Shown here in pieces: positions 1 to 13,530 of a DNA stretch of 64,000 nt. Both the position numbers and the translations under genes were made by a program. The DNA is from Chrysomallon squamiferum. Lineage: Eukaryota; Animalia; Mollusca. The stretch lies in NCBI GenBank assembly GCA_012295275.1, contig CM022665.1, positions 32,054,001 through 32,118,000 of the forward strand, read 5' to 3'. Position 1 is the first letter of the stretch; each line of letters begins with the position of its first letter. The notes beneath the pieces are model-generated. The model was not told the DNA's origin, did not search any database, and worked only from the letters and a program-made list of their open reading frames with translations.

Positions 1-149
1 AATAAAATAAATTAAAATAAATATTTTTTACAAGTGTAACACAAATCATAAATTCAATAATTTCCAGAAACCAAATAGTTTTAAAACATTAATAGAAACC
101 AGAAAAGAATACTTACTAGCAGCCAATTAATTAAATTATTTATTAGCAA

Positions 150-174
150 TAAACAAAACAAACAAACAAACAAA

Positions 175-205
<31 letters not shown>

Positions 206-360
206 ATGCAGGACGTAAGGGATGGAAAAAACAAAAATAAACTAAAAAAAAAAGAAAGAAAGAAAAAGATATAAAACAAGTGGAAAGGAAGAAGAAAAGA
301 GTTAAAGGAGGAAGGAAGGAAGAAGTGACCGAATAAGTAAGGAATAAATCTTCAAAAAAA
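150..360 (+). repeat. (AAAC)n(AAAT)n followed by a purine-rich tract
   Basis: Seen directly in the sequence. Confidence 0.9.
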
Positions 361-3009
361 TAAAGCATAAAATAACCCATAAATCCAGTGTTTACTGATA
401 TAAGCCAGAAAACGAGTATATGTGCACAGACATGAACAGAATATAAATATCAGTTTCATTCATTATGGGAAACCTAGGACAGCCACGTGTGTTTTTCTCA
501 CACTGTGATGAAATAATGATCCACTTCATAATTAGAATTTTCACTTCAAAAGATCTTTTAGAAGTGACTGTTAAAAGTGAAAGTTATATCAATAGATGAG
601 TCATCAGTGTTTCTATATGTTGTTTTGCCAATAATGTCTGAACTTGTTAAATCAGAGGTGAATTATTTTATAAACATATGGTACTTTTCTAAATCAATAT
701 AAAAAATTAAAAGTTAAAAATAAAAAATCTAAAATATTTTTAAAATGTGCAGAAAAAAATCTATATATTTTTTTAAAAAGGAAGTAACTTATCTTTCTCT
801 CTCTTATCTCTTCAGTAGTTAAAGATCTTCAAGACTCACATTTTTGAATTTTATTCTTTCAGGTGTTAAATCTGCATTCATTCTAATAAAATATGTGAAA
901 TGTTTTAAATAAAAATTAATCATGAAAACATTTTCTTTAGTCATTTTGTATTATCCAGTAGATCCGTTTTTTTAGTTTGCAGTTTATAGCTTCACAAAGT
1001 AATGTAGAAAATACATCAAGCATTTAAAGAAAAAGGAAAAGATAACTGATGATAGAGGTATTGTTCTTTATCAACTGAAGAAGTAATTGCCACTATAATA
1101 CGATGTGCACAAGGTGTCTATGAAGACTGAGTCACTGGTTATTTAAAAAAACAAAACAATTCCCTTTCATTATTATGAAATGAAAACTAAAATGAAATAG
1201 TATAAATAAATAAATAAATAAAAACGTTCTGACTTTACACTAACAAGTTTTTCTGTTGAATCAGTTTATTTGTTTTGTCAGAGTTTTATGATGTGTGTTA
1301 ACGGTAAAACCTTTGGCTCTGTTATATTTCTGTAATGACCAGTGTAAAAACAATTCTCCACTTCAGTAACTTGTTGATTCACCCATTATAATTTTATTTA
1401 TCTTATAGGCATGAGGAATGAGACAGATAGGATTGCTTATAACAGTTTCATAAGTACTGAAAAAAAAAAAACTTGTCATTTATTTATACGGGTGTAATTT
1501 ATCTTTACTAAATCCATTGAGCTTAAGGCATTCTATTGAATATATATAGAATATTGCATATGAATAATTTTTGACATAATTAAATTATTATTTATTAACC
1601 TGTGAAAAATAAAAATAACAGGACTATGTATATACTCTCATACAAACTGGTTCAAAAACAAACTTAAATAATAATTTGTTAAATCTAAGCAACATTTCCA
1701 ATATTCCAAAAATATGACAGATAAATTGTAATGCTAGCACACACACACACACACACATCTATATCTTTATGTACATATTTTCTTAATTAAACACATATGT
1801 ATTAAATGTATATATTTAATAATTTTATGTTTTGTTCCTAACGGTTTAGAGAACTGATTAATTTATTGTTTAACAGTTTAGATTGTTCTCCTAAGATTTC
1901 TTTATTTCAACATCATAGCATGTCAGTATCAAATAAATAAAGTTCTATGTCTTTGAAAAGACTTAAAATTTTGTAAATATATCACATACATAATATTGTG
2001 GAATACTTTTAGATAAAAATGGGGGAAAATAAATGTAAAACAGATAATTTTGGATACAGCACATTAAGAAATCAAATATGTACATCACAATCAAATATGT
2101 ATACTCTCTTACATTAAAATAATTATGCACATAAGCCCACATATACATCCACTTATGCACCCACACCATTATATGTGATTATAGTCATACACACAGACAA
2201 ACATACCAATTCAAACATTCTTGTACACACACACTTACAATTTACATACACATTTTACTTTTTGAAGGAACAAAAAAACGGAACAAAAATTAAACAAATG
2301 CATATCATTAATTTTTAATTTTATAACAAAAAATTCAAATGTTTTTCTATTTTCTTTGTCAGTTTATTTATTTCAAAAGAAAAAATAAATGAATTCCAAA
2401 AATATTTTGTATTCCATAGCATTATATCTCATGGGGTATTTTTTGTTGTTGTTTTTTAACCTGTATAAATTTGAAGACTGCACTGTTTCATTAGTTTGCT
2501 TACATTACTCCTGCTGTAACTCCATTAGCAGAATGTTTCATCTGCATGCAACCTGGATTACATAATGTAAGGTTATGTCAATGAAAATTTATAAAACTGA
2601 GAGATTTATAAAACTGACAATCATTTTATAAAACATTAATTCTAATCCAGTGATCTAGTACCTTTAATTAAATTATTTATTTATTTATTATTTCATAATT
2701 TTATTTATTTAATTAATTAATTAATTATTGAATAATATATTTATTTACTTTTTATTTATTCATTGTTTTTCTTTCGGTATTTTTTATTATTAGTTTTATC
2801 ATTTTTATATATATATCAAAAAGATAAAAAAATTAATAAATAAAGAAAAAAGGTCAAAACCAAACCATACAAAAATAAACAATTATCTTTAAAACATGTT
2901 CTTGAACTGGATACCTGAAAAAACAAAACACTTCAGGTACACACACATAAACAAACAAATATTGAAACAGAAAACAAAATCTATAGATAAAAATAAAAAA
3001 AATCAATAC

Positions 3010-3033
3010 CTGAATAAAGTATAGAAATTCCAT
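3010..3033 (-). CDS. Weak candidate 24-nt microexon MEFLYFIQ
   Basis: ttttcttagcag|ATG...CAG|GTATTG; frame-preserving, phase 0 at both ends, tandem TAGCAG acceptor. Confidence 0.25.
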
Positions 3034-3603
3034 CTGCTAAGAAAATAATCTAACCAGATGTATGAAAAAAAAAATATATATATATAGAAAAGAAAAAAAT
3101 TACTCAGGATATATATAAACAGAAGCTACTGATGTTTGCCTTTGAGGCCTAAGGGGATCCATTTACTGCAACAATATATCATTAGACTTCTTACTGTGTT
3201 TGAGCTAAGTCATAGAAAATGATAAAGAAAATAACATTGTGATGGAGTTTTTAATATAAGATTTGATAAAAGAGACACAAAATCTTTGGCACAAAATGTC
3301 ATCACCATTAGTTACGTGTACAGATATATGGATATGTTTTTCTTTATATCTTTTGTCTTCTGTTTTCCTTCTTTTAAATTAATTTGGTTTGTTATTAATG
3401 TGGACTGCAGCCAAATCAACTGCTGTCGGCTATACATCTTTATTTTTTCACACATTTAAAGAAATTATAGAATTTTTCTAAAGCATGCTTTTGAAAATAG
3501 AATAAAAACTGTGGTGATGTTTTAAATTTTTGTGCATCATAAAATATAAGGATAATATTTATTAATTATTGATGTTACTTGTTATATACTGTAATAAGAA
3601 ATA

Positions 3604-3815
3604 TGAGCTGTAGGTTAATGGTTAGTGCAGTGCTAGAACATAGGATCAAATCTATTCTAATGTACACCCACTGTGTTAGTATCCATTTCTGTCTTTGGGA
3701 GGGCGTACGTGAGAAATCCACTTTTTCCAGCTGAAAACTTGTTCATGGAATGATGACAGAATGTGTTCTCTATTGTATAATTATTACACAAAATGAAGTT
3801 TGATACTTGTAACTT
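3604..3815 (+). mobile_element. Decayed tRNA-headed SINE copy
   Basis: A-box-like TAGGTTAATGG (3611) and B-box-like GGATCAAATC (3643), followed by core ...ttctgtctttgggaggg... similar to other copies in the window. Confidence 0.55.
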
Positions 3816-4587
3816 TAATTAAAATTAAACAAATTTAACTAAAATTAAAATATATTGTCTGTACACTTTCATTTATTTATTGTTACAAATGTAAACAAAT
3901 CATTGTAAATAAAAATTACTGAATGATGTGCTCACTGAAAATTTAATTGTTAAAAAATACCCAATACAAATTTGATTGTGCATTTAGAATATAATAAGAA
4001 ATGTTTCTGTATACTTAATTTATTTTATTAATTGCATCATTATCATAAAAAACAATTACATTATTAAATGTTTTCAGCACTGTTTTGTATTCTTGTAATG
4101 AAGTCAGTTCCATGTGTATTTATTATTTACATATCTAGTAGATGTAATTTAACATTTTAAAATTTTTAATCATAACATTATATTTTTTAAAATAATGTTT
4201 ATGTGAAAGTAGTGTTCTTGTATACTGTCAACTTATAGAAAATATCTAAAATACATATATATATTTAACATTCTGTAAGCCTAGAATTTGAATGCAACAA
4301 TTCCATCAGGCTGACTTTCACAAGCCCAGGTCCATATTTAATGGAAGGGAAAAAATCAGCAACCACAGAGATTCAGCACAAGGTTTTCAACATGTCCCAT
4401 AACAAAACCATCAATCAGACTATCTCCCAGAGGTTTCATCAGAGTCTAATGTCTTCTGTCTGACCTTAGAAACTTTACTGCAAGTGTTATTCACATACAG
4501 ACCATTCAATACTTGATGAACAGTTAAATTTTTCTTCTTTTTTTTTCTTCTTGTTTTTCCCCACCAGCCATGAACAGAGAAACATTG

Positions 4588-4942
4588 TAATGAAGGAAAA
4601 GAAAAGCATTGTCCAATATCTGTTAATTAATATATGTTAACAAATGTTAGTATTTGGAAATGAAAGAAAAGAAAAAGATGGTTTTAAAATTAATAATTAA
4701 TTTTAGGAAATGTTAGAGTTTCGAAATAATGAGAATGAAAAAGATGATAAATAATTTGTTAATTAATATATTTTAAGAAATGGTAAGTGTTTGGAAATGA
4801 AGGAAAAGAAAAGGATAGCAAATATATTTTAATTTATTTAGTTTCACAAATCTTACAGTTTTGGAAAATAATGGAAGAAATAATGTTGGTATAAATGTTT
4901 TAATTAACATGTTTTAAGGAATACTAGTGTGTTTTGAAAATG
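4588..4942. repeat. ~69-bp tandem repeat, 5 copies
   Basis: Units start near 4588, 4657, 4723, 4794 and 4864: gaaatgaaggaaaagaaa...ttaattaatatat...aaatgttagt. Confidence 0.8.
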
Positions 4943-5719
4943 GTACCGCCTCAACATGTTTTAATTAAAAGTCATTAGATAATGTTTAATACATCCTGAT
5001 ATGGGATCATGGAAGATGGCTTGATTGAAATGCTGAAAATCTTTACTTGAAATTCCAGGCATGTTCTTACTGACAGAACACATACTTCTTGTGGCCTTTG
5101 TTGTGAAACCTTTAAGTGTATATTACTGTTAAGAAACTGAAATAATTTTTTTTGCTTCATAAATAATTAAATTAACAAAAGAAAAATTCTTTGCTACAAA
5201 CATTCATCTCATGTTTTTACTTTTCTTTATATTTAGGATCCAAAAAAAACATTGATGAAAATTATTTTATATTTCTGGCTTTTTAAATTTGTTTTATAAA
5301 TTACTGCTAAAGAAATAGAAAAAGCAATTTATTCTGTAATAATTCATATTGCTATTACATATCAAGGATAGTGAATACATCCAAAAATTACCTCTCCAGA
5401 GGAGTATTACATAAATTAATTTTTTTTTAGATTTTTATTATGGACATTAAACAAGATCAATGTAATTGGATTTTTTTTTTATTTGTTTTTTTTTTTTTTT
5501 TTTTTTTTTCAGTTATTAATAAATTCATTATCAAATCTGAAACATCCATTATTGTTGTGTAAATAATATACTTATAAATTTGCTTTTTTTTAAAATTGTA
5601 TTATAACTAGCTTTTTGTTAAATATTTATTACAGTCTGGCATACCTAGCAAAACAGTTAATTATGTAAGCAAATTAACATATTTATATTACAATGAACTA
5701 TTGAGATATTTATCTATTT

Positions 5720-5935
5720 CTGATTCCAGCAGGTGCATCCTGACTGGTTATATACTTTTGTATTTCTATAGAAAGTGTATGAAAAAGCTTTGAGGTTAAT
5801 AAGAAAAGCCCTTTGAATGATATCAGCAGATTTCCTATCATATCATTGTTAAAAAGGAAATAAATGACTGACCCTGATAACCATTAATATTAGAATATAT
5901 TGAGATGTCATTAAATATTCATTTATTCATTTCAT
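5720..5935 (+). mobile_element. SINE, central and 3' part with (ATTC)-like tail
   Basis: ttccagca...gactggttatat...tattgagatgtcattaaatattcatttattcattt is colinear with the copies at 32271 and 37044. Confidence 0.5.
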
Positions 5936-8049
5936 CTATAGCAATGATTATCTTAATCTACTATTATTACATTAGTATTGTCAAACAGTTTGTGTATGTT
6001 TTTTGTCTTTCAATTCCAATTTCCTGTTTAAAATGAATTATAAAACCTAATGTCCAAAAATAATAAATTAATACTTAACAATACTCCAACATATTCAACA
6101 TTAACTTTTATTAGGTGAACCTGCAAGTGCCAGAAAACAAATGAGGTCATGAGAGGGCACCTATTCAAACTGTAAACTACTAATTAGATGCAAAGACTAT
6201 TAATAAAAATATTTCTCTATATTGATAGTAAAGAAGATTCCATTAGCTGTAACACAGACTAGTAGTGAAACAATGACTGTGGTACCCATATGGCATATAC
6301 TGGACTTTTAGTACTACTGATTAATGAAGAACATACAAATAACACCATCTCTGAAATCGATCTGTACTCAGTTGTGACACAGAATCCAGATAATATAGCT
6401 CATTAGTTTGTCCATTAGTGGAGATGAACAGGCTTACTTGGTCATCTGTACATAGAAGATTTGAACCAATAACAACACATCTGTCCAAAGTCTGATACTA
6501 TGTTCACTTCTATATTTGCTGAAGTGAATGTGATTTCTTCAGTGCCCAAGGCTCTGTCATACTGACATACATATTGATAGGCCGAAGAAGCCGAGGCAAC
6601 ATAAACAACAGAAAAATATAAGTAGATTTAATTCTTGATTCATTGATAGAATTAAGTGATTTTGCTGCTTCGTGTCCGGTGAGAATTGTAGTATTTGAAT
6701 AATTCATCTGTGGTTGTGTTCACTGTAGTATCTTAGAACAACAGTATTATCCAAACCATCTTAAAATAACAGGAAACAGAAGGAAGAGGAGTTCTGAATC
6801 TATCCTATTAACTCAGGTTGTTTCTGAATGTATCTAGTACATTAATGATGACAAGGAAAGCTATGAAAGCAAATATTCTGATAGGTTACATACTGTCTTG
6901 TGGGGAAATGATACAAAGATATTATTTTATTAGAGAAAGCAATATAGATGACACTACATGATTACTTTTCTAAAACTATGTATAACAGTAATAAAATCTG
7001 ACAATATTTTTGCTGGAAATGGATCTCAGTCTTCAGATTGATGGTTTGATAGACTTACAGACAGAATAAGCTGAATTGACCAAATGTTGGTTTAAATTTC
7101 AACTTTTTTCTTTGGTAATAAAAGCAGTTTACTGAAATTCAAAATAAATAAAAACTAATATAGAAACAAAAGACAATTATAAATTAATATGTTTATATAT
7201 ATGTATGTGTGTATGTATGTGCATATACGTGTGTGTGTGTGTGTTTGTTTGTACATCTTTCAATATTTAGAACCTATTTTCATGATATTTATATCAAAGC
7301 CTTAAGCAATATTTTACCTTTCTACGACCAGTCCCAAAGGTAATGTCTTATGAAGAGTACTTCTGTACAGTGCTCTGAACAGCTTTTTATTGCCTACTAA
7401 GGATAATCAGTGATCAGATTTCTCATAAATTGTCACCACTCCACCATACCTGTCAGTTCTTTTCTATTCATTTTTCAGAATGCAAGCAATTCAGCAGATA
7501 CAGGAACATAATTTATAGTTATTCCACAAGGCAATACATTTGAGCCAAAACTCATCTGTTTTCATCAGTGCTTCCTAATACATCAAGTAACATTAAATTA
7601 GGTTTCAAAAGTGGAAGTACTTTAATGGATTTTTGTGAGAAACAATTTGAGATGAAATATGATGGTTTGTGGAAGTACTTATCTATAAGCCTTCATTACT
7701 GTTAATCCCTTTTTTTTTTATTAACTTCTGATATTATGTGATCCAATTTCAGTAGAAAAATCTAGGTATGTCATGCTTTGGCAAAATTAAATCATTATTA
7801 TGCAAGTTATTACTATCATTTTGTAAAATTTATTTATTAAATAATCTTATATTCCAAAAAATATATTCAGTAAATTTTTAAATTAAAAAACATTTGACTA
7901 TTACTCAAACTTAAGTTAATGTATACTAAGGAATACTACTCATCCTAGGACATTGCATCTTCCTAGCACTATACCCATGAAAATAGTCCAGTTTCAGAAG
8001 AAAAACAAAAGCTAAAAACTGAGATGAAGCAAATTACAGAATCCAATAA

Positions 8050-8430
8050 GATAGCATTCCAAAAAGAAGAAAGAAATGCAAAATAAAACAAATCAAAAAA
8101 CTTATTATAAGGATAACAAAGCAAGAATATCAAAAATAGAAAATTATGGGAAACCAATTGTGGATGAAATCAAAGGGATAAATGTTTTGTTCAGAGCAAA
8201 CATTTAGTAAATAAAAGTTAAACACAATCTTTGTAAGTGACCAACTGAAGGAACAACTTTATTGGTACTTCACTGATAAAACACACTTTTATGAACAAGT
8301 TTCTAGCAAGTACACTGCATGTTGGTTTTACAATAACAAGGTCACAAAGACGAATTAATAACATGGTGAAGCTGACCTTAATTACACCAATTGAAGAATG
8401 GATGGAAATGCAGTCCACATCTCCATGCCC
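8050..8430 (+). mobile_element. Possible second, more decayed LINE RT fragment
   Basis: Ordered remnants IPK, NYGKPI, QLYWYF, CWFYNNKVT and NMVKL loosely match PIPK..NYRPI..RLVWYL..QCGFRKNRST..HLVRL. Needs frameshifts and insertions. Confidence 0.3.
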
Positions 8431-10175
8431 TTGTATATATTCCAGTCATAAACTCTTCAGGTCTTGACACAAATTTATCTCCCATACAAGCAATGTCAAG
8501 ATTTTATGTGCAACAATCAAACGAATCAAAAACTAATCTGTACTTGACGTCTACATAAAGATGCAGTGATTGCCGCATAAATTGTGTTTGATCAGCGAAT
8601 ACTGCCACACATCAAAGCAGCAGTGTTTTTTCTGCATCCTGACTTGCCAACATGTAGTCCATGTTTTATGAGCAGACTGCACAGCATTCAGGAACCATGT
8701 TGGTGTTGTTTGTGTTAAAACTCTGTCTTTGTTCTTAAGCCACATACTTGTTAAGTAACAGAACCTGGTTTCTAAATCAATAAACAGAAGCAATTATGGT
8801 TCTATAGCTAAGAACATAAAAAGAAAGACTCTACATGTGTCTGGTTTGGGCTGTGATGACAGGATGGACATCATAGCAGGAAAAAGAAGGTCACTGATTG
8901 CCTATGTACATGATGGCTTTTTTTAATTCACAAGCTCAGTGAAAGAGGCATAAGACCACCATGGTGTCCTTTCTTTTACTAACATGTTAACTGTTCTTGA
9001 CAATTATCCTAGCAATAACATAGGAATGTGTGCCAATGAGTTAGAAAAGAGTATTTTTAACATGGTATGATATTCAAATATTTAGTGGATTCCAAGATAA
9101 ATATAATTTCAGCATCAGTTCTTAAAATATGATACAACAAACACTAAAATGTGATCTTATGTCATTCTTCTAAATCAGCTAACATGAAAAGTGAAAAATT
9201 ACTGGAAAACACAGAATTACAAAACAATGGAATTAATGAGTTTGGAAAGAAAAGATAAGTGAAACTATACACGACAAGAATCTACTAAATCCAGTAACCA
9301 GGACTTAACTTTTAATATTTAAAATTCAGATCTTCACAGTTAAAAAGCTCTAACTCTAAAACTAGAACACATAGAGTTGAAATCTCAGTGGGCTAATTCT
9401 GGACAATACACACAGAATACATGAACAGTGATTCAAAATGGAAAGGGTTGAACATATCCCTTGACTTAACTTGTGGTAATAACTTTTACTTCCTATCTCA
9501 CTCAGTATCCCAGTAGCACTGTCTGGACAAGACATACATGATGGATGGGTGGACTGACTTTCCATATGACAAGAAGCCTGATTCTTGGTCAAATTTAAGC
9601 TCACAAAATGGATTTAACTAACAGATAAACAACTTAAGTAAATTTTGTAAAATAACTACAATAAATTATTGTAACTTAAATTGTATTTATGTTGATATTT
9701 TAAACAACTGAAATATGACCAAGTTTACTTTGAGAAATAATGACAAAAGTAGTATTGCAACAATATTTTAGTCTCTTAATGTATATGTTTATAGCAAGAA
9801 GGGTAACCAACTGAAATATACTCAGGTAAATTCTGAGAAATAACTACGATTTCAATTTCTTAGATTTTAAAACTTTGTTTAATATAAATTGTGATAGATT
9901 GCTAAACTAACTACAAAATTATTACTTAATAATTATTATTATTCCAAAATTAATGTCAAATATTGATATTTTCAATATATGAATGTATGTATGTGTGTGT
10001 GAATGTGTGTTTGTGCATATGTGTTTGAATGTATATATGTATGTATTTAATGTGTATACATCTATTTAAATTCATAATGATTAAAAAATCTTTCTTCTCA
10101 CTTTTAACCAATGAAACTGTAAACAGTACTTTTACAATGACATAACAAAGTTACAGACCACCAGTTTAAACTTAC

Positions 10176-10220
10176 CTTTTTAGTTTTCTGGTTGTTTGCC
10201 TCTAGTCTCCATAACAACAT
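10176..10220 (-). CDS. Probable alternative first coding exon MLLWRLEANNQKTKK, phase-0 donor
   Basis: Perfect donor AAG|GTAAGT and aaacATG (A at -3) exactly 45 nt upstream, in frame. It is preceded by about 200 nt of non-repetitive UTR-like sequence. Confidence 0.55.
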
Positions 10221-10778
10221 GTTTACAGCACTGACTTGTTACCATGCTCTTTATACTTCTACTATGCTGACATCCACAACCTGTATTATTATCAGATTAT
10301 CTTTCCTAATCCAATTCCTTGTCACTGCAAATGTCTCCAAGTTACTTCTTTAATAAGAAATACTGTTAACCACACAGCATCTTCAAACAGTATTTAACAG
10401 CCCCAAACTACTCTTGAGTAATTAAGTTGCTGAAGCAGTATTTAATAACATGCAGTTTTCCAAATATATTTTATAGCCAAGTTCCATTTTCCTCTCACCA
10501 TGTTAAAATAGATTTCACAACTTTTTTTGGATAAATTTTGTAGTTTAAAAAAAATATCAGCTAAGCACAAAACACGTTTTTCACCTGACATTTTCATATG
10601 GTGTTGATAGTGTAATTTGATGTCCCAGCAGGCATGTTTAAATAACTTTTATATGTCATTTTCTTCAGTTTCTATTCAAACTATTTTTAAATATAATTTT
10701 GTTCAGCCTCTATTCAAACTGTATTTAACACAGCTATTAAGCCAATCTCTATATGCCTATCTCCATAGAAATAATATT

Positions 10779-10811
<33 letters not shown>

Positions 10812-13429
10812 ACCATACTATTTCGTTTATAAAACAATTAAATAGCATTTTTTCAAGCAAACTGAATGATCCACCCAAGCTCAAATAATATTCCAAGAAA
10901 CATGTAGATACTATCACCTTCTGGTTAAACAGATCTTGTTAGTTCTGATTTTTCCACATTCACAATATTATTATTATTATTATCTTTTTTAAATTCCTAT
11001 ATTAAAACTGTGGCACAGACAACCATCTGCAAGTAATGATTAAATAAACCTGAAGATCTGTATTAACAGAAACATTTTACAACTTGAGAAAAAAACACAC
11101 CTCTCAGACAGTTTTATAATGAATTATCCATTGATTGTATCTACAAATACAAAATATTAATAATAATAAATAATAATAGTAAATATAATTAAATAATCCC
11201 AAAACAACTTAATAATTTGGTTTTTATGTTTTTGTTTTTTAAACAAAAGCTAGAAATTTTTCACTATTAACTGAAAACAAAAAATAATAACAATTGAAAA
11301 AAATAATAATCTTAATCAAATATCACTATATGTATCTGCAGCTATTAAAAAACCCTGAATATTTTGAATGAATGATCTTCTCTATGAAACTGCAAATATT
11401 AAAAATAATTACCACCCAATGAAAAATTTTAATATTTCTTACAAGTTATCCTCTGTTTTTATATTCAAGCACAAAATAAAAATAAAAACACCTGATGAAA
11501 AAAATAATGTCTTAAAATGTTCTAACAGACTCTTCTCTGCTTGCCTGTATCACAATGCACACACACACAGAAATGGTGGACAGATGCAGATCATGTTTAA
11601 CAAGCACCCGAGCCAGAGAATTGTAATGAAAGGTTTGATGACAAAATGACAGGCATGGAGAAGTATGTTCAAGTGGCCAGAATAACACAGGTCTTCCAAC
11701 ACTTCCATGCTGAATTTGCTGCTATGTTCATTCTTGCTATTCTCCCATTTTTACAGCATGACCAGCTCAATATGACAGGTTTTCCGTTGACAGAGTGGTA
11801 AACGACTGATGAACCTATTGAGTTAACAGCAGACATGATTCACCACACAGCAGTGGTCTGAGAATGAAGACACTGCTTGCTCTTGTCAGCAACAAAACTG
11901 TTAACAAAATTACATTCATCACAAGTAAATGGTCTCTTCTCAACATCATAATTTGGAAGAGACACAAATAGCCATACACAGTAATGTGTGCTACAGGTTG
12001 TATTTCTTGTTTGGTTTTTTTAACTTTATACCTGCAGGGAATTTATTTAACCTCAGGTTTTGCTTTGTGGATAAGTTATTTTTATGAGTTTTTTCAGACA
12101 GTGATTTAATGGTTTTATTTGTAAATAGGTTCGGAAGATGTATTGTTTTGTTTTTTATTTGCTAAATAATAAAAGAAATATGAAGATTTGAAAGTAGTTG
12201 CTGTCACTAAAAGTGAAATATTAAAATAAACATGAAATAATCTATAAATGTCAGTGTGTGTGTGTGTGTGTGTGTGTGTTTCTGTGAGTATGTATCTGTG
12301 TGTGGTTGTATCTATGCATGTACTTTATGAAAACAAAACTATTAAATTTAAATAATACATTTTAAAAGTCTGAATAGCAATCAATAGATATCTTTTTCTT
12401 TATCCTTTCTGGAAATGACAGATGTTGACAGAGAGCTATGATTAAGTTACAGGATTTATAAACTTTGATTTATACTGAATAGTAGTATTTTAAGTATTTG
12501 TATTTCTCAGTTTATAGTCAATAGTAAAACAAGAAATACAAAACAAAGTTAATGACATATAGAAAAAGAAATGAAAAAAAAGAATCAGGTTAATGGAAAA
12601 AAGAAAAGAAAAAGGGAAACCTATTTGTTCCTATGACTGGCATTTTGCAGTTTTTAAACTACTTAAGGCTTTTTGTTATATCACATAAAAATGTAAATGT
12701 ATCATAGATATTATTAAAAACTTGAGATCCATTTCTTTATTAATAAGTTAGTGTTGGATTTCAAAATATTCTGTATCTGTTTTGTATTAGAGAATATTAT
12801 TCCATGTATAAATTTAATATTATGCTATATATAATATTATTCCATACATAAGATATTATTCTATGAATAATATATCATATATAACATAATAGTATTTTAT
12901 ATATGACAGATCAGGAAAATGTCAGCTGAGACAAAATTTAATATTATTACCAAAATCGCTTAAATATTGTTTTTAAAATTATACACTGTTAGATCATATG
13001 ATTTCATTTCAGCCATACTTTTGTGAAAATGATTTACCTTGTTAGCTCTGTTTTTAAAACAGTCTAATTCCTAGTCCCATACAAGATTGAACAAACACAC
13101 AGTTTCATTTGAAATCAAATTTCAGTCCAGTCTGCTTTCAGTTAGTTCTCCTATAACATAAGAAGACATTTTTGAAGTAAAACACAGAGAAAATGACAGT
13201 GTTCAGTAATTTCTGGCTCAGTTTCCAAACAGACTGGTGCTGTAATACTGTATCTTAAATTTGTTTCTTATTTTCAATTTAACATACAAAAAAATATGAA
13301 CGTGTTAATTGATATGTTTTAATATTAATTTCCATTAGATGCCAAATATAATTTTTTTATATTTGTGATGTGTTAATGTTTAATGAACTATAATATCAGT
13401 TCTCATTAGGTACCAAATGGGAATTTTGT

Positions 13430-13530
13430 ATAATGTGTTACTCTCTGGATCTTTCTCACTGAAAGCAATAAGGAATCTTTTATATACACCTTTCCATAAA
13501 CAAGAGAAAACACGCCAATCTAACAGGTGT
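13430..13530 (-). mobile_element. SINE core fragment
   Basis: agcaataaggaatcttttatatacacctttcc is the reverse complement of the core gcatataaaagattccctt seen at 21641. Confidence 0.55.

Noticed and set aside
13037-13080. AAG|GTAAAT donor with an upstream ATG
   Set aside because: The ATG frame stops before the donor and the acceptor lacks a pyrimidine tract.
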